A DNA stretch of 64,000 nucleotides. Origin: Octopus vulgaris (Eukaryota). The DNA lies in assembly GCA_951406725.2 (NCBI GenBank), contig OX597814.1:7564001-7628000 (forward strand). The letters run 5' to 3'. The notes under the pieces were generated by a model. That model saw only the letters and a program-made list of their open reading frames with translations, was not told where the DNA came from and made no database searches. Each line of letters opens with the position of its first letter. The first letter of the stretch is position 1. The translations under genes and the position numbers were made by a program. Of the stretch, positions 1-14,100 are shown piece after piece.

Positions 1-1260
1 TTTGTTTCTTTCTTCCTTGTAATTCTTTCTTGATAGTTCCTATCCTCATTTCATCCCTTTTATGCATCACATTGTTCCCCCATAATCTGCTCCAGAACTC
101 CTTGGTTTGGTTTGCATCAGGAGCCACATTTTCTCCATTGCCTCTTTCTGATGTTTGGAAGAATTGCTTCAGATTATTTTTGAACAATCTGTTCTCCTCA
201 AACTGCTTATTTCTGTTCACAAATCTGTTGATCTTCTGGCTTTTTGCCATGATCCTCTGTTTTAATTATTCTATTATCAAACCCATTCTTCCGTATTTCA
301 TATTTCTTCTCTAATTTTTCTCAGTCGGTTTTATTCTCATTTTTCCAGTTTCCTCTTAACCATTGCTTAATTTTTCCTAGATCTTGCCTTGTCAGCATTA
401 TGTTCCTTTCAATGTGTTGTTTCTACCATTGTTCTTTTGCTCCACCACTTTTTGTTCTCTTAAGTTGTAATTTCTCCTCAACAAGTAGTGCAATAGCTCA
501 GAGAAGATTCCTAGTTTGCGTCATGTCCTCCGTCTTGATGTACAGTATGACAGTATTTACCTTTTGTGTTACTTTATTTATCATTCTTCCATCTACCTTT
601 CTCATGTTCATGGGAATGTTTTCTTCTGGAGCATTGATCAGGTTGGTGAGTCGTCTTTGAATTTCAAGCAATTCATTATCTAGTTGGTTCATTTCCCCTG
701 CGTGTGCACCCACCACAGCGTCAGGGTTTACTCTACAACATTCCCATTCCTCATCCTTAACAGCTCCATCACCATTCTCCTGTTCCTCCTGTCTACTCTT
801 CTCTCTGATTTCAATTCCTACATCTTTCAACTCTGACCATCCTTTGAAGCCTATCTGCTGGGTCTCTCAAACTCTCACTTATCTGAGATATTTTTACTCC
901 AGTTAAGTAACTCTTCCTCCTAATTACTCTCACGGGTTTCATTAGTTTATTTTCTGACTTTGGACGCATGTCCTTTTCCATCCAAAATTTCAAGGTCCAT
1001 CACCCTACTCTGTGTCTTCTTTGCAGCTTTGCTCTTTCATGACATTCAATAAGTGTAAAATATTCTTCCTTCGTCCACTTATGTCTGTTTTCATGCACAC
1101 CGTGTATATGATCTGTTGTGATCATCCGAGGCCAGATCACTGCCCTTGATGCTAGTGGTTTCACACATGCCGGGCGGGAAACCTTCACCATAATTGGCTA
1201 TAGCTTCATTCTCACTTTTAATTCTTTCTTTGATGTGTTGCATCATGATTTCATGAGTCA
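1..1260 (-). mobile_element. Decayed 5'/N-terminal part of an R4/Dong-type non-LTR retrotransposon ORF
   Basis: Minus-frame fragments HKWTKEEYFTLIECHERAK, MKFWMEK, TQTRNLL*AIALLVEEKL resemble the N-terminal regions of the R4-type copies at 9451..10793 and 19547..20329. Confidence 0.6.
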
Positions 1261-1649
1261 TTCATGGGTTACCTATGTGAGTTGTTATTGGGATCCCATC
1301 TCTCTCTTCCTCTATTTGTATATACACATACACATGTATGTATATACACATATATATATAAATAATGTGCTTGCATTGTATTGCCTCCATAATCACTGTG
1401 ATTATCAGTACCCTCCCATCGTTCTACCCATAGCATTTAAAATTATCAATTGTCCCAGTATATTGCAGAAGATCTTCATCACTATTTATCGAATATTCAG
1501 CAAGCGTTCTCCTTTCACTCCTTATACAATAGTCTATACTAATTAGACCTCTGCCACCATTCTTTCTTTCCATATACAGTTTATTTATGCTTGCAGTTAA
1601 CACTTATTAATATTATTGTTGTTGTTGTTGTTGTTATTATTATTATTAA

Positions 1650-1689
<40 letters not shown>

Positions 1690-3030
1690 GGCTTTGCACA
1701 GCTTCAAACGCTGGAGACATACTACAATATCAACTGTTCACTACCAGTGAACTAAGGTAACACCCCTTGTCTTTTGAGTACCATCAGGAGTATTCAAGGG
1801 GTTCCAAGCAGTGCTATTTTCTGCAAGTGTTCCACCCTTATTGCAGCTCCTATTTGTTCCATGTACTTCTCAAGATTTTTACTTACTCTTCCCAGGGCTC
1901 CATCAATTATTGGTATTACTGCTACCTTTTTCATCAAGCACAACTGCTTAACTTCCCAAGCTAACCTGTCATACCTCTCGACTTTTCTTTCTTCCTTATC
2001 ACATACCTTGTCAGCTGGGCATGCTATATCTATGATCCAGCATAGTTTGCTTTCTTTCTCAATTAAGACTATGTCTGGCTTCCTATTCTCTGTCTCATGG
2101 TTGCACTGAATCATAAAATCCCACAGGATCTTTGCATTATCATTTTTGATGATGCTTTCAGGTTTGTGATCATACAAATTTTTTGCTCTGTCAAGTCCAT
2201 ACTTGTTGCAAAGTGTCCAATGGACAAGCCTGGCTATATTGTCATGGTGTCTCATATATTTCTTCTGGGCTGGTGGTGTACATTTGCTGGTAATATGTCA
2301 TATGGCTTCACCATTTTGTCCACTAATTTTGCACTTATCACTTTCTGATGTGTTGTCTATTCTGTATTTTATGTAGTTTGTCCTTAGTGCTTGCTCTTGA
2401 GCAGCACAGATTAGAGCCTCCGTTTCCGGTTTTAAATTACTTGTAATCATCCACGACCATCTTTTTTCTCTGTCTGTCTTATCTTCAGCATCCCTATGAA
2501 ATTGACCATGCATTCTTTTCTTTACCTATTTTCAGTTTCATTCGTTTTCAATTTCTTGTATATGGTTTATCTTTGCAGTCTTTCATCCTACACAAGCCTG
2601 ACCTTCTTACTTCTAATAATAGTGATTCTGTTGCATTTTTCACATACCATGCTATGTTGTTTTCTTCTGCTCTAATGCTGTGCTCGCATCCAATAAGTCC
2701 TCTTCCCCCTCTTTTTCTTGCTACATACAGTCTATCTGTGTCACTTTTCAGGTTGAATATCCCATATCTAGTTAGCAACTTCCTTGTCTTTCTGCCTAAG
2801 CTGTTTAGTTCATCTACTGCCCAAATTACTCCTGCTCTATATCTAAGGAGTGAAACTTCCCAGATATTGATAGCTTCAATCTTATTCCATTCGATTAATT
2901 TCGACTTAAGGATCAGACTCAGTCTGTGCAAGTACTCCTCCTTAAATGTTTCTGTCATTTCTTTCTCCATCAATTTATCCATTTCCAAAATCCCCAAGTA
3001 CTTATAGCCCGTCTCTTCTATCTACTTCAT
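1690..3030 (-). mobile_element. 5'-truncated R4/Dong-clade RLE retrotransposon (RT C-end, CCHC finger, PD-D endonuclease)
   Basis: ORFs 2548..2997, 2298..2513 (LKPETEALICAAQEQAL...CKI), 1794..2255 (RHDNIAR...KPDIVLIEK...IIDIACP). 3' end abuts (TAA)n at ~1607..1689. Confidence 0.9.
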
Positions 3031-3035
3031 AACTA

Positions 3036-3085
<50 letters not shown>

Positions 3086-3437
3086 GCCTTTGCACAGCTT
3101 CTAACGCTAGAGATGTATTACAGTGTCAGCTGTTCACTACCAGTGAACTAAGGTAACACATCTTATTTTTTGAGCACCTTCCAGAGTATTAAGGTGTCTC
3201 CAAGCACTGCTACTTTCTGCAAGTGCTCCACTCTTATTGCAGCCCCTATTTGTTCTACATACCTCACAAGATTTTTGCTCACTGTTCCCTGGGCTCTGAC
3301 AATTATTGGTACTACTGCTACCTTTTTCATCAACCACAACTGCTTAACTTCCCAAGCTAACCTGTCATATCTCTCGACTTTTCTTTCTTCCTTATCGCAT
3401 ACCTTGTTGTCAGGTGGGCATGCTATATTTATGATCC
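3086..3437 (-). mobile_element. 3' end of the same R4/Dong family
   Basis: Near-identical to 1690..2040; (TAA)n at ~3036..3085. Confidence 0.88.
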
Positions 3438-3454
3438 ACCTTTTGTTGTTGTTG

Positions 3455-4396
3455 CTTCATGATAACTTTATTTCAGCTGCCTTAGTGGCGGGCATCCTTT
3501 AGAGACCAAGGGCAGCAAGGCCAATTTTGTTTTTCTGTGCATGCAAAACTTATCCTCACATTTATTCCATTTTAGATGGAGAGTGCTTTCTGTAGTGTAT
3601 GGGCTGTACCCATCATGGTTATCTTTTATAGTTCACAGAGATTGGAGTTAGAAAGGAGTTGCTTTATATAATTCTCAGCTCCCTTCTTTATCATTCCCAA
3701 GGCACCAAATACTACTGGTATTATCGTAGAGCTAAGCTTTCACATTTTTGTGATTTCAATTTGCAGATCTTTACAGTGAGAAAGCTTTCCGTATTCCTTT
3801 CTTGAGACATTTTGATCTTGTGAGACAGACATATCTATTAACAGACAAGTTCCCCTGTTGTTGTCCTTGATCACAGTGTCTGGTTGATTGGAGTCAATTT
3901 TTCTGTCTGTTTGTATAGGGAAGTTCCAGAGAATGGTGATGCCTTTGCCATTTACTACATCCTCTGGATGGTGCTTGTACAACTTATCATGGGATTTAAT
4001 TTTGTAGGTATTTTAGAAGCATTCCGGTGCATGTACTGACCTAGTTTGTCATGTCTTATTGGGTTCTCCTTTTCACCGAGGACTGAGCAGCCAGAAACAG
4101 CATGATCAATTGTCTCTGTGAATTTTCCTCCAAATTCTGCACAAGGGGTCAGATCCATCTTTAAGGACATTTGCTTGGTAGGTAAGCTCTGATCTTGCTC
4201 TGCAATAGCAAAACCTTCTGTTTCCCCCTTTCAGACCTGTCCCTTGCAGCCATTGGCGTGTTAGATTTTGATCAATGTCTGGCTTGGACAGGTAGTTAGG
4301 TATTTTCCATGCAGGAGTTTACCCTTCCAGTTGTCTTCCATGTTATTCATGCAAGCCTTCTTTGCTTTTTGTTTGATGTCTTTTGCATCACTGAAC
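3455..4396 (-). mobile_element. R4/Dong-type RLE element 3' fragment (different subfamily)
   Basis: ETIDHAVSGCSVL..RHDKLG; TILWNFPIQTDRKIDSNQPDTVIKD...LLIDMS. Confidence 0.85.
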
Positions 4397-5425
4397 CTAT
4401 ATCAAGATAATTAAAAGTAATAGCAACAGAAGCAGTATTAATACCAAGAGGCAATCTTTATATCCAACTAAATGTGGATGTTGTATTAGAACATCAAATA
4501 CTGCCTTTTTTACCTTGAGAGGACCTCTCATATGGATGCACGGTCCATAAAAGCATGCAAATTTATATTGTTGGTAGACAACAATCATCTGCTACAGGCA
4601 CCAGAACTGCCAGATCATGTATTTTCGCTCTACTCAGTTTCATCAGTGACAGACGCCCTGTAGCAGCATAACAGCCAAATCTCCCTGTCAACGATATATA
4701 GACAGTGATGTCACAAATAGCCTGAAGGCTTATTAAAGATAATTAATAGCAACAGAAGCAGTGTTAATACCAAAAGGCAGTCTTTATGTCCATATGCTGT
4801 AATGAAGAAATAGGGGAAATTCCTGTCCACTGTAGAACTGTTTGTGAAGTTCTTTCTTTTTGAATCTTTTCTCTTTTCCTTTGTCATCTCTCTTATGAAT
4901 GACCATGATCCTAATTGTTGGACCTCCTCCACCTCCTCCTTCTTGCTTACAATATGAAAATAATTACCTTGTTCTCTGCTTTTGTTCCTCAAATATTCTT
5001 GGCTACACAAGATGCACCAAAGAACCTCAACTTCAACATTCTTGATAGACATTTCAACAGCAAACACAAGACTCAGCAGTTTTAATCAGAATGGTGAGTG
5101 GAGAGAAGAAACAATACAACTTCAGCTACATGAAGACACCATGGCCACATGTTTAACTTCACTAACACCACATCAGTGGTCACAGTGGAAGGTTCTTCTG
5201 CCACATCCACTATAATACCATGTCTCCCAGTAGACTGGAAGGTCGTGGATGGAATATCTTTGATCTGAGTGACAAAGTAATTTTCCTCATTTACTTATTA
5301 CTGATTAGAAAGAAATCATTAAATATTTCAAATATTTTGTTTGTCTTTTGTTAAATTAAATCTCTTCTCTTTAAAAAAAGCAAAAAATTAAACAAAAATG
5401 ATTCTCATTGTTTTGATTTTTACAG

Positions 5426-5480
5426 AAATTTGATGAATATCTCCTAAATAAACCAGTAAATGAAGGAGTTCATTCAAAAG
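5426..5480 (+). CDS. PARP14/15-like exon: C-terminal helix of an upstream macrodomain (KFDEYLLNKPVNEGVHSK)
   Basis: ttttacAG|AAATTTGATGAATAT...TCAAAAG|GTaaac. 55 bp, phase 0-1, same length, phase and KFxEY start as exon 30565..30619. Confidence 0.7.
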
Positions 5481-5606
5481 GTAAACAATTTGCTTCTTGA
5501 TATTGAATGTTATGGTGTCTTCTCTATTAAACATCACTGATTATTATTACTAATATTATTGTTATTATTATTATTATTATTATCATTATTATTATTATTA
5601 TTATTA

Positions 5607-5676
<70 letters not shown>

Positions 5677-5691
5677 CATTACTATTACTAC

Positions 5692-5745
<54 letters not shown>

Positions 5746-5786
5746 CATTACTATTATACTATTATTATTATTACTATTATCATTAC

Positions 5787-5817
<31 letters not shown>

Positions 5818-8800
5818 TCAGTAGTTTTATTTTTATAGTGTGCTTTCACTTCACTACCGAGCGCAGCTCTGTGTGCCTTGGGTATGTGCTGTGGTTTGGT
5901 TTGATGGTCTTTACGTAAGATGTATGTATGATGCACAGTAGTGCAATTTACTGTACGTTATATGTGTTTGCAAGTTCTGGTGTTTTTGTTGTGCATTTGT
6001 ATGAATAGAATCTGATTAGAATCGAAGGGCCTTAGAGTCAACCTAGCTAAAACCAAACTCCTAATAAGTAGGAAGGCAGGCAAACTACAAATCCCTTCAA
6101 GTAGATGGCCCTGCTCGATCTATAGAACAGGCGTAGGTAGAAACTCTATAAGATGTACCTAGTGTAAGCTATGGACACAAGAGGTGCAGCAATATCGAAG
6201 GAAGGCTAACTGGGAGGATAGCTTTTGTATGTGGCAGATACTCAGGAGCTATAAATAACATTGAAATTGTGCAGAGAACAACTTCTGCCACATTCCAGAG
6301 AGAAAAACTAGAAGTAGTTGATAGCTTCCGTTACCTAGGTGACCAAGTCAGTAGCGGAGGAGGGTGTGCTGAAAGGGTAGCTGCTAGAATAAGAATAGCC
6401 TGGCCAAAGTTCAGAGAGCTCTTACCTCTGCTGGTGACAAAGTGTCACACCCCAGCAGTTGAGGGAACCTGTGGAAGAGGTAGACCCAGGAAGACCTGGG
6501 ATGAGGTTGTGAAGCATGACCTTCGAATATTGGGCGTAACCAAGGCAATGACTAGTGACCGGGACCTCTGGAAATATGCTGTGCTTAAGAAGACTTGGCA
6601 AGCGCAAGTGAGACCATAACCTCGTGGCCTATGCTAGGGGTGTAACAAGTCCACTTATGCGTGCCTTTCCTTCATTGGACACTAAACTCTGCTTGCGACG
6701 ACCAGTTGAGGCAAGTGAAATCGAAATCAAATTCGATGACTGGCATCCGTTGCTAGTGGAGTGCTAAGAGCACCATATGAGTGAGATTGTTGCCAGAACA
6801 ACAAGCTGGCCTCCGTGCTGATTGCATGTTAAAAGCACCATTCGATTGTGATCGTTACCTGCGTCACCTTACTAGCACTTGTGCTGGTGGTACATGAAAA
6901 AAAAAAACATTAGAGCGAGGTTGTTGCCAGTGCTGCTGGACTGGCTCCTGTGCAGGTGGCACATGAAAAGCACCATTTGAGCATGGCCATTGCCAGTACC
7001 ACCAAACTGGGCCTCATGCCGGCGGCATGTAAAAGCACCCACTACACTCTTGGAGTGGTTGGTGTTAGGAAGGGCATCCAGCTGTAGAAATTCTGCCAGT
7101 TCAGATTGGAGTCTGGTTCGCCAGACCTCAGTCAAATTGTCCAACCCTTGCTTGCATGGAAAGCGGACGTTACATGATGATGATGATGGTGATTGTGTGA
7201 ATATTTTTTTATCATGCCTAATGCGCCTACTATGATAGGAATTGTTACTGTTTTTAGATTCCACATTCAATTTACCTCTATTTCCAGCTTTTTATATTTT
7301 GACAGTTTCTCCATTTCTTTTAGAGACACGTTGTCATCTGCTGGTATTGATACGTCAATTAGAAAGCATTTTTTTCTTCATGATCTCTGACAACTATACC
7401 TCGCTTGTTAGCCTTAATTTCTCTATCTGTGTGTTTTGGCATATCCCAGAGTATAGCTGCATTCTCGTTTTCTGTGACCTTTTCTGGTGTGTGCCTATAC
7501 CATCTTTTTTCTGTTGGTATTCCATAGTGTTGGCAGAGCTTCCAGTATATGTAGGTCCCAACTCTGTCATGTCTGTGAATATATTCCTTCTCAGTCAGGA
7601 CTGGGCAGCCAGAGATAATATGATTTATTGTTTCTTGTCCATCTCCACATATTCTGCAGTTACTTGTTATATTTCTTTTCATTACATGTTTTTGGTAATT
7701 TCTGGTGGGGAGGCTTTGGTCTTGTGCTGCAATTAAAAATCCTTCAGTCTCTGCTTTCAGTCCTGAGCTTCTCAACCATTGCTGGGAATTTTCTCTGTCT
7801 ATTTCTTTTGCATTTAGTTTAGTCCAGTATTTGCTATGAAGGGGTTTTTCTTGCCATCGTTTTATCATGATCCGTTGCTGTTCTATTTTTAGTTTGGATT
7901 TCATTTGTTTTATAGCTTTTGTTGTTTCTTCATCTTCTTCTTCTTCTTCATGTTTATTAGGTGGTATGATTTCTTGTTTGTATTTGTCAGCTTCCTTAAA
8001 TACTGAGAACAGTTTTTTGTTTTGCTCGTGTTTTGCCGCTATCTGGATCAGTTTTCCTTCCTTCTGAAGTAGATATTTTTGCAGTCCTATGGTGGTTATT
8101 TTATAGTAGTTTTCCAGCTGTATAAGGCCTCTACCACCTTCTATACGTTGTATATATAGCCTTTCTATGTCAGATTTAGGGTGATGCATCCTAGATCCTG
8201 TCATTATTTTTCTTGTTTTCCTATCTATTTTGTTCAGTTCATTTAGAGTCCAGTTAAGGGTATTGTAGCTGTAACTTATAACTGGGACAGCTAAAGTGTT
8301 GATACCTATTATCTTGTTTTTAGCATTGAGCTCTGTGTTTAGTATTGATCTAACTCGTCTATAATATTCTTTTTTTATTTTCTCTTTCATTTGTGTGTGT
8401 TGTGTCTTATCTAGTTCATGGATTCCTAAATATTTGTAAGTTTGGCTTTGGTCTAATTCTCTTATTTCATTGGCTTTATCTAGTGTGATGTTGCTACTCT
8501 TAACTAGTTTTCCTCTTTTCAAGGTTACTTTGGCGCATATTTCTTATCCAAATTTCATATCTATTTCTTTGGTAAATCCATGTACTGTCTGTAGTAGTGT
8601 TTCCAGCTGTTTATCATTTGTAGCATATAATTTTAGGTCATCCACATATAAAAGGTGGCTGATCGTTTTGCCGTAACATTTGTATCTGCATCCAGTTCTA
8701 TTTAGCATATCAGATAGAGGTGTAAGTGCTAAGCAGAAAAGGAGTGGAGAGAGCGTGTCTCCCTGGAATATTCCTCTTCTAAAGGGGATGGCTTTGGTTT

Positions 8801-11034
8801 TCACGAGTCCCTCTTGTTTGTAGCTGTAGCACTGTCTGCCATTTATTCATAGAGTGTCTTATGTATTTTATAATTATTGGTGCTACCTTGTTCATGGCTA
8901 GTGTTTCGAGGATCCACGTGCGGAGAATGCTATTAAAAGCCTTTCGGTAGTCGATCGAGGCCATACCGAGGCCTTTCTTCTTTCTGCGGCTGTCTTCAGT
9001 CATGGCTTTATTGATCATTAATTGATCTTTACAGCCATATGAGCCCTTGCAGCATCACTTCTGCTTTTCTGGAAACAGGTTGTTTTGTTCCAGATGCTTG
9101 TTCAATCTCTGCGATATTACTGCAGTAAAGGTTTTTGTACATTATAGGCAGACAGGTTATAGGTCCGTAGTCTTGTGGTTTTGCCGTGTCATCAGATTTG
9201 AGAATTAAGATAGTTTTCCCTTCCGTGAGCCATTCAGACATTGTCTGTGGCTCTGCCAGTATGTTGTTAAAGTTTTCAGCCAGCTTTCTGTGTATTCCTG
9301 TCAGATATTTTAACCAGAAGTTGGGGATCTTGTCATGCCCAGGTGCCTTCATGTTGGTTAGTCTTTGCAGTGCCTGGGTGACCTCTTCAGTTGTTATAGG
9401 GGTCCAGAGTTGCTCAGTTGTTTTAATAGTCCTTTTCTGAGGTTGTTCATTCACCGACAATATTTCTTTCCAAAATTCTTCCACTTCTTCTTGCCAAGTT
9501 CTTGGTAGAACCTTTTGGGGTTGGAGTTGAACTGTTTGTTTTGTTCAAAGAAACATTGGCGTTTCTCATACCGGCGGATCCTTTGTGCTTTGGCAAGGAT
9601 ATCTTGCTTCAGCTTTTCTTTTATCTCAGGTAAATCTTTTTCTGTGATGTTATATTTGTGGAGTATTTTTGTTTTCTTTTTGTTGCTCAGTAGCGTTGAT
9701 TGTTGACTGATTTCATTAAGAATCGACAGATCTTTTCTCATTTAAAAAATTTTTTGGGATGTTATTTATCCACAGGGTGGTGGTGGTACTCCTGTTTGGA
9801 TGGGTTTGAGGGAGTATCCAGCTTCTTTTGTGGCTGCAGTGGCTGCTGCGTATACTAAGTCATTTAGCTCAGTGATATAGCTTTTTGTTTCAGTGGCTAT
9901 TAGTTCCGTGACGGCTAAGTTTATACTATTTATAATTGATGTTGTTTTTTTGTCTATTTTGATGTTTGGGAGGTATGACCGATGGTCCATTTTGAGATCT
10001 GTGTTTTTCAGTTCTTTGATTAGTCTACTTTTTATAGTATCATAATCATTAGGCTCCCCTTCGTTGTTTCCAGGTTTTAGATTTGTGTCGCTTTCTTTCT
10101 CATTCATATGTTTGTCTGTCGTGTTTTGGCTCGCTGCTTGTTGTGCATTATTATGCATCCTTACGGTCTGGGTTTGTTGTTTTTTGTTTGCATCATTTTT
10201 GTTGGGAATGTTACGTTTGTCTTCATGTTTTACTATCTCAGTGTTTATATTATTTGGCATTGTTGTGTGGCTTCTATTTACATTTTCCTGGTGTATTTTT
10301 TCTTTTAAATGTTGTATTTCTATTTCTGATATTTTTTTTGCATTGAGAATATATCTTCGTATGTTAGCTAGTTTATTAGGGTTCATTGCTGTATCCAAGT
10401 CTTTATTTAGGTTATTTTTCTTCCAGATTTTATATGTATATGTTGTGTTTTCATTCTTTGGGTAGAGTACTGCTGTAGGATTGAAATGTATTCCTCACAT
10501 GTCCATTTATGCCTTTTTGGTTTTATTTGCGGAACATGAGGAACAACGTCTGGCCCATTATTTTGACAGTCGTCATTTTTGTAGGGTACCGGTCCGTTCA
10601 TTTCTATTGTCACATTGTTTTGCCCGTGTAGTTTTACGTACTTTTTGTGTAAAAAGTTTAAAGTACACACTTTCTGATTGTTATTCCTGGGTTGAATAAT
10701 ACCAGTATTATTTAATTTATTTGTAATTTTTTTATACATGGTGTTTGGCGCCGGAGACGACCTGGTGTTGATAGATCGTAATGTATCAAGCATGTTTACA
10801 TGTGCTGTGCAAGCAATGGAGATGATATCCTGTTAAAATACATAATTTCATTTTGAAAATAGTAATAAATTCAATGAGTATTACTTACTCGGATATAGTC
10901 CAACCCTTTGTCAGCTATTTTCTGGCTCCATGCGATGTCTTTGTTTTCGATGTTTTTGGATAGATTTCGGAGCAGTGTTTTATCGCTCTCACATGTTAAG
11001 CATCCCCGGTGTCGTTGTCGTCTTCTTCTTCTTC

Positions 11035-11066
<32 letters not shown>

Positions 11067-11113
11067 CTTCTTCTTCTTCTTCTTCTTCTTCTCATTATTA
11101 TTATTATTATTAT

Positions 11114-11146
<33 letters not shown>

Positions 11147-14100
11147 AAGTAGTAGTAGTATATCATAGATGTCACACAGTATACAATGTTATGAAATTGT
11201 TGATTGAAGACATTGTATCTAATGTTTGTCAAGTCACAACAAGAACCTCACCCAGACAGTACTTTACACAATATGCATCCAATTCAAAGTAATGCTGACT
11301 TTTGCAATATACCTATATTGTAGGGTCTCTCTAAGGTCTTCAGATGTTTTTCAGATTGGGTGGTATTGAACCCAATACTCCGATGACAATAGGGATAACC
11401 TTTATGTTCGACTCTTCTACCTGCCACATCTTAGAAATCTCAATTCTCAGGTCTCCATATTTATCAACCTTTTCTCTTTCTTCCATGATGATATGTTGAT
11501 CTCCTGGCATAGCCACATCAATTATTGGGAACTCTTGTTTGTCCCTCCTAAAGGTTACTTGTATCCAGCCTTCAGTACTCTAATACTTTGACTGTCTTGA
11601 AATCAAAGTCCCAGAGGATTTTGCTTTCCCCTTTTCATCCATTACCTTTTCTGGTGTATGTTGGAACCAAGCACCCATAACCTCATATCCATACTTACAG
11701 CATAGTAGCCAATGAAGGTTTTGGGCTATAGGAAACATCAAAAGGTGGATGTCATTCCATCAACGTGTGGACGCTAGTTGCTTTCGTTCATACTTTACAT
11801 TTAAATTTCTGTAATTTTGAATTTGTATCACTTCTTATTTTCAACTTGACAAAGACAGACGTACTGTTGAAATATCGTTCAACTAATAAAATATCTTACA
11901 ATCGAATCTCACTCTTCATCTTGACTGTTTACCTTTGTGAAGAGTTACATCAATCCTGTTTAAAATATTATTATTATTATTATCATCATTATTATTATTA
12001 AGGCAATGAGCTGGCAGAATACTTATCAGGTCAGGTGATATTTTTAGCAATATTTTTTCCATCTTCACATTCTGAGTTCAAATTCTGTTGATGTTAGCTT
12101 TGCCTTACATCCTTTCAGTAAATTAAATACCAGTGAAATGTCTACTCCCCTTTTCCAAAATTTCAGGCCTCGAGCCTTAAGAAGAAAAGGTTTTTATTAT
12201 TATTTTAAAAGGATTGATGTAACTCTTCACAAAGGTAAATTGATAATACAAAGAGCACGATGTTATTGCAATAGATATTTCATTGGTTTGCATGATATTC
12301 TGACAGCCTGCTTCGCTTTGTTTAGTTCAAAATGTGAAGTGATACATAGAAATTCAAAATTATAGAAATTCAAATCCAAAATTTGAACGAGGCAACCAGC
12401 ATTCTCATGTTGATGGAATGACATCATCAATCTTCAATTTTCAAGTTTACAACCAGCAAAAACGAAAAGACTGAAAGAGAAAGGAAAGGAAAACAAAGAA
12501 GCATATTTAATCAAATAGTTTTGTGTAAATATGATGAATTTCTCCTGTCATTTTATTCGTTCCTCCAGGGAATGATGTTAATAATGCACAAACTTATTTC
12601 TCCTCATGCATTTTGAGTATTGAAAGTGTAACAGATTTAGAAGATTTTTTGAGAATATGCACTTTCTCAAGTCTGTTTCAAAATTGCAGCCATTTGATGC
12701 AAAATGTTTGGTAAGTTCTGTCCAACTACTGTTATTGTGCCTGACATCATATCTGTGCCCATTAAGTCTTTTGTTTAATTGTTCTTTTGTGCAACGAACA
12801 TAAACCAAGTTGTGTTTCGTGCATTCTGCTGCATACACCAAATGGGAATCTCTACATGTCCCACCTTCTGTATAAATCATAACATTTCTGATATGATACC
12901 TGATGGAATTCACTTGATTCATGTTGTTGTACAATGAACAGGTCTTACCTCTTTTGCAGCTGTTTTTCAGGGTACAGCATGCAGGTACCCCAATGTTAGT
13001 TTCCTTGGAGTCAGAAGTAGAGGTTAATAATTCTTTCAGTTCCAGTTAATCATTAAAGAAATTTCATAATCTATTGTATTGTGTCTGCTAAAATTATGCA
13101 TGAAATTGTTTTGTCTTTTTTTGCCAATCTTAGCTATTTCATTTGCTATTTCCTTTAATCATAATTCACTGTAACTGTGTTTGTCATGATAATGTACAAA
13201 GGTTTCTAGTAATCCTGTGTCAGTACAAATCCATTTTATCCTCAACAACTGGGATTTTGGATTTGATCGAATTATGTGATGTGGATGGACAGAGTGGTGG
13301 TGGATGTAAATGTAGGCTTGCAAAGCAACTCTGTCACTATTCTGCCTCCAGAAAACTTAACTTTTGTGTCCAAATAATCAATGCTAGTTTTTGAAAAACT
13401 AGATGTAAATTTTTATAGAAATGCAAAAATTCAATTATAGTATCCTGCAATCCTTCCCAAGCAAAATTACATCATCAGGGTACTGTAACCAGAGTATTGG
13501 TTGATGGCCATGTAAGAATTTGAATGTCTTCAGTAACTCTGTTTAAAATTTTGTTGTGAAGACATTTGCGAAATTAGCTGCCATGGGAGTATCCATGGGG
13601 CAACTCCTCATCAGGTGGTAAAATGTTTGCCCAAACTTCGTTGTGTTACTTTGTAACACAAACCTCAATAATCTACAGAGCATATTTTATGAAATACTTT
13701 CGTTTGACCATTTTCTCAGGCATTTGTGTATTTTAGGGAGACTGTAAAATACAAGTGTTCTTTTTGATCATAAAAATGACAATGGAGTCAGAAAACCCTA
13801 TGATTATGGAGAATAAAAATGATGATGATCGAATCTAGCATAACTGGATCTAAAAGGATCCCAATATCATTGAACCAATAAAACATCTATTGCAATCACA
13901 TTATGCTCTATATATTGCCTATTGTTATTATTATTATTATTATTATTGCCTTTGCACAGCTTCTAACGCTGGAGATGTACTACGGTGTCAGCTGTTCACT
14001 ACCAGTGAACTAAGGTAACACCCCTTATTTTTCGAGCACCATCTAGAGTATTCGAGTGGGTCCAAGTAGTGCTGTTTTCTGCAAGTGCTCCATCCTTATT

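Noticed and set aside
5527-5936. Poly-I/L/Y ORFs; likewise poly-R at 10871..11095 and poly-D/H at 34146..34560
   Set aside because: Trinucleotide microsatellite artefacts.
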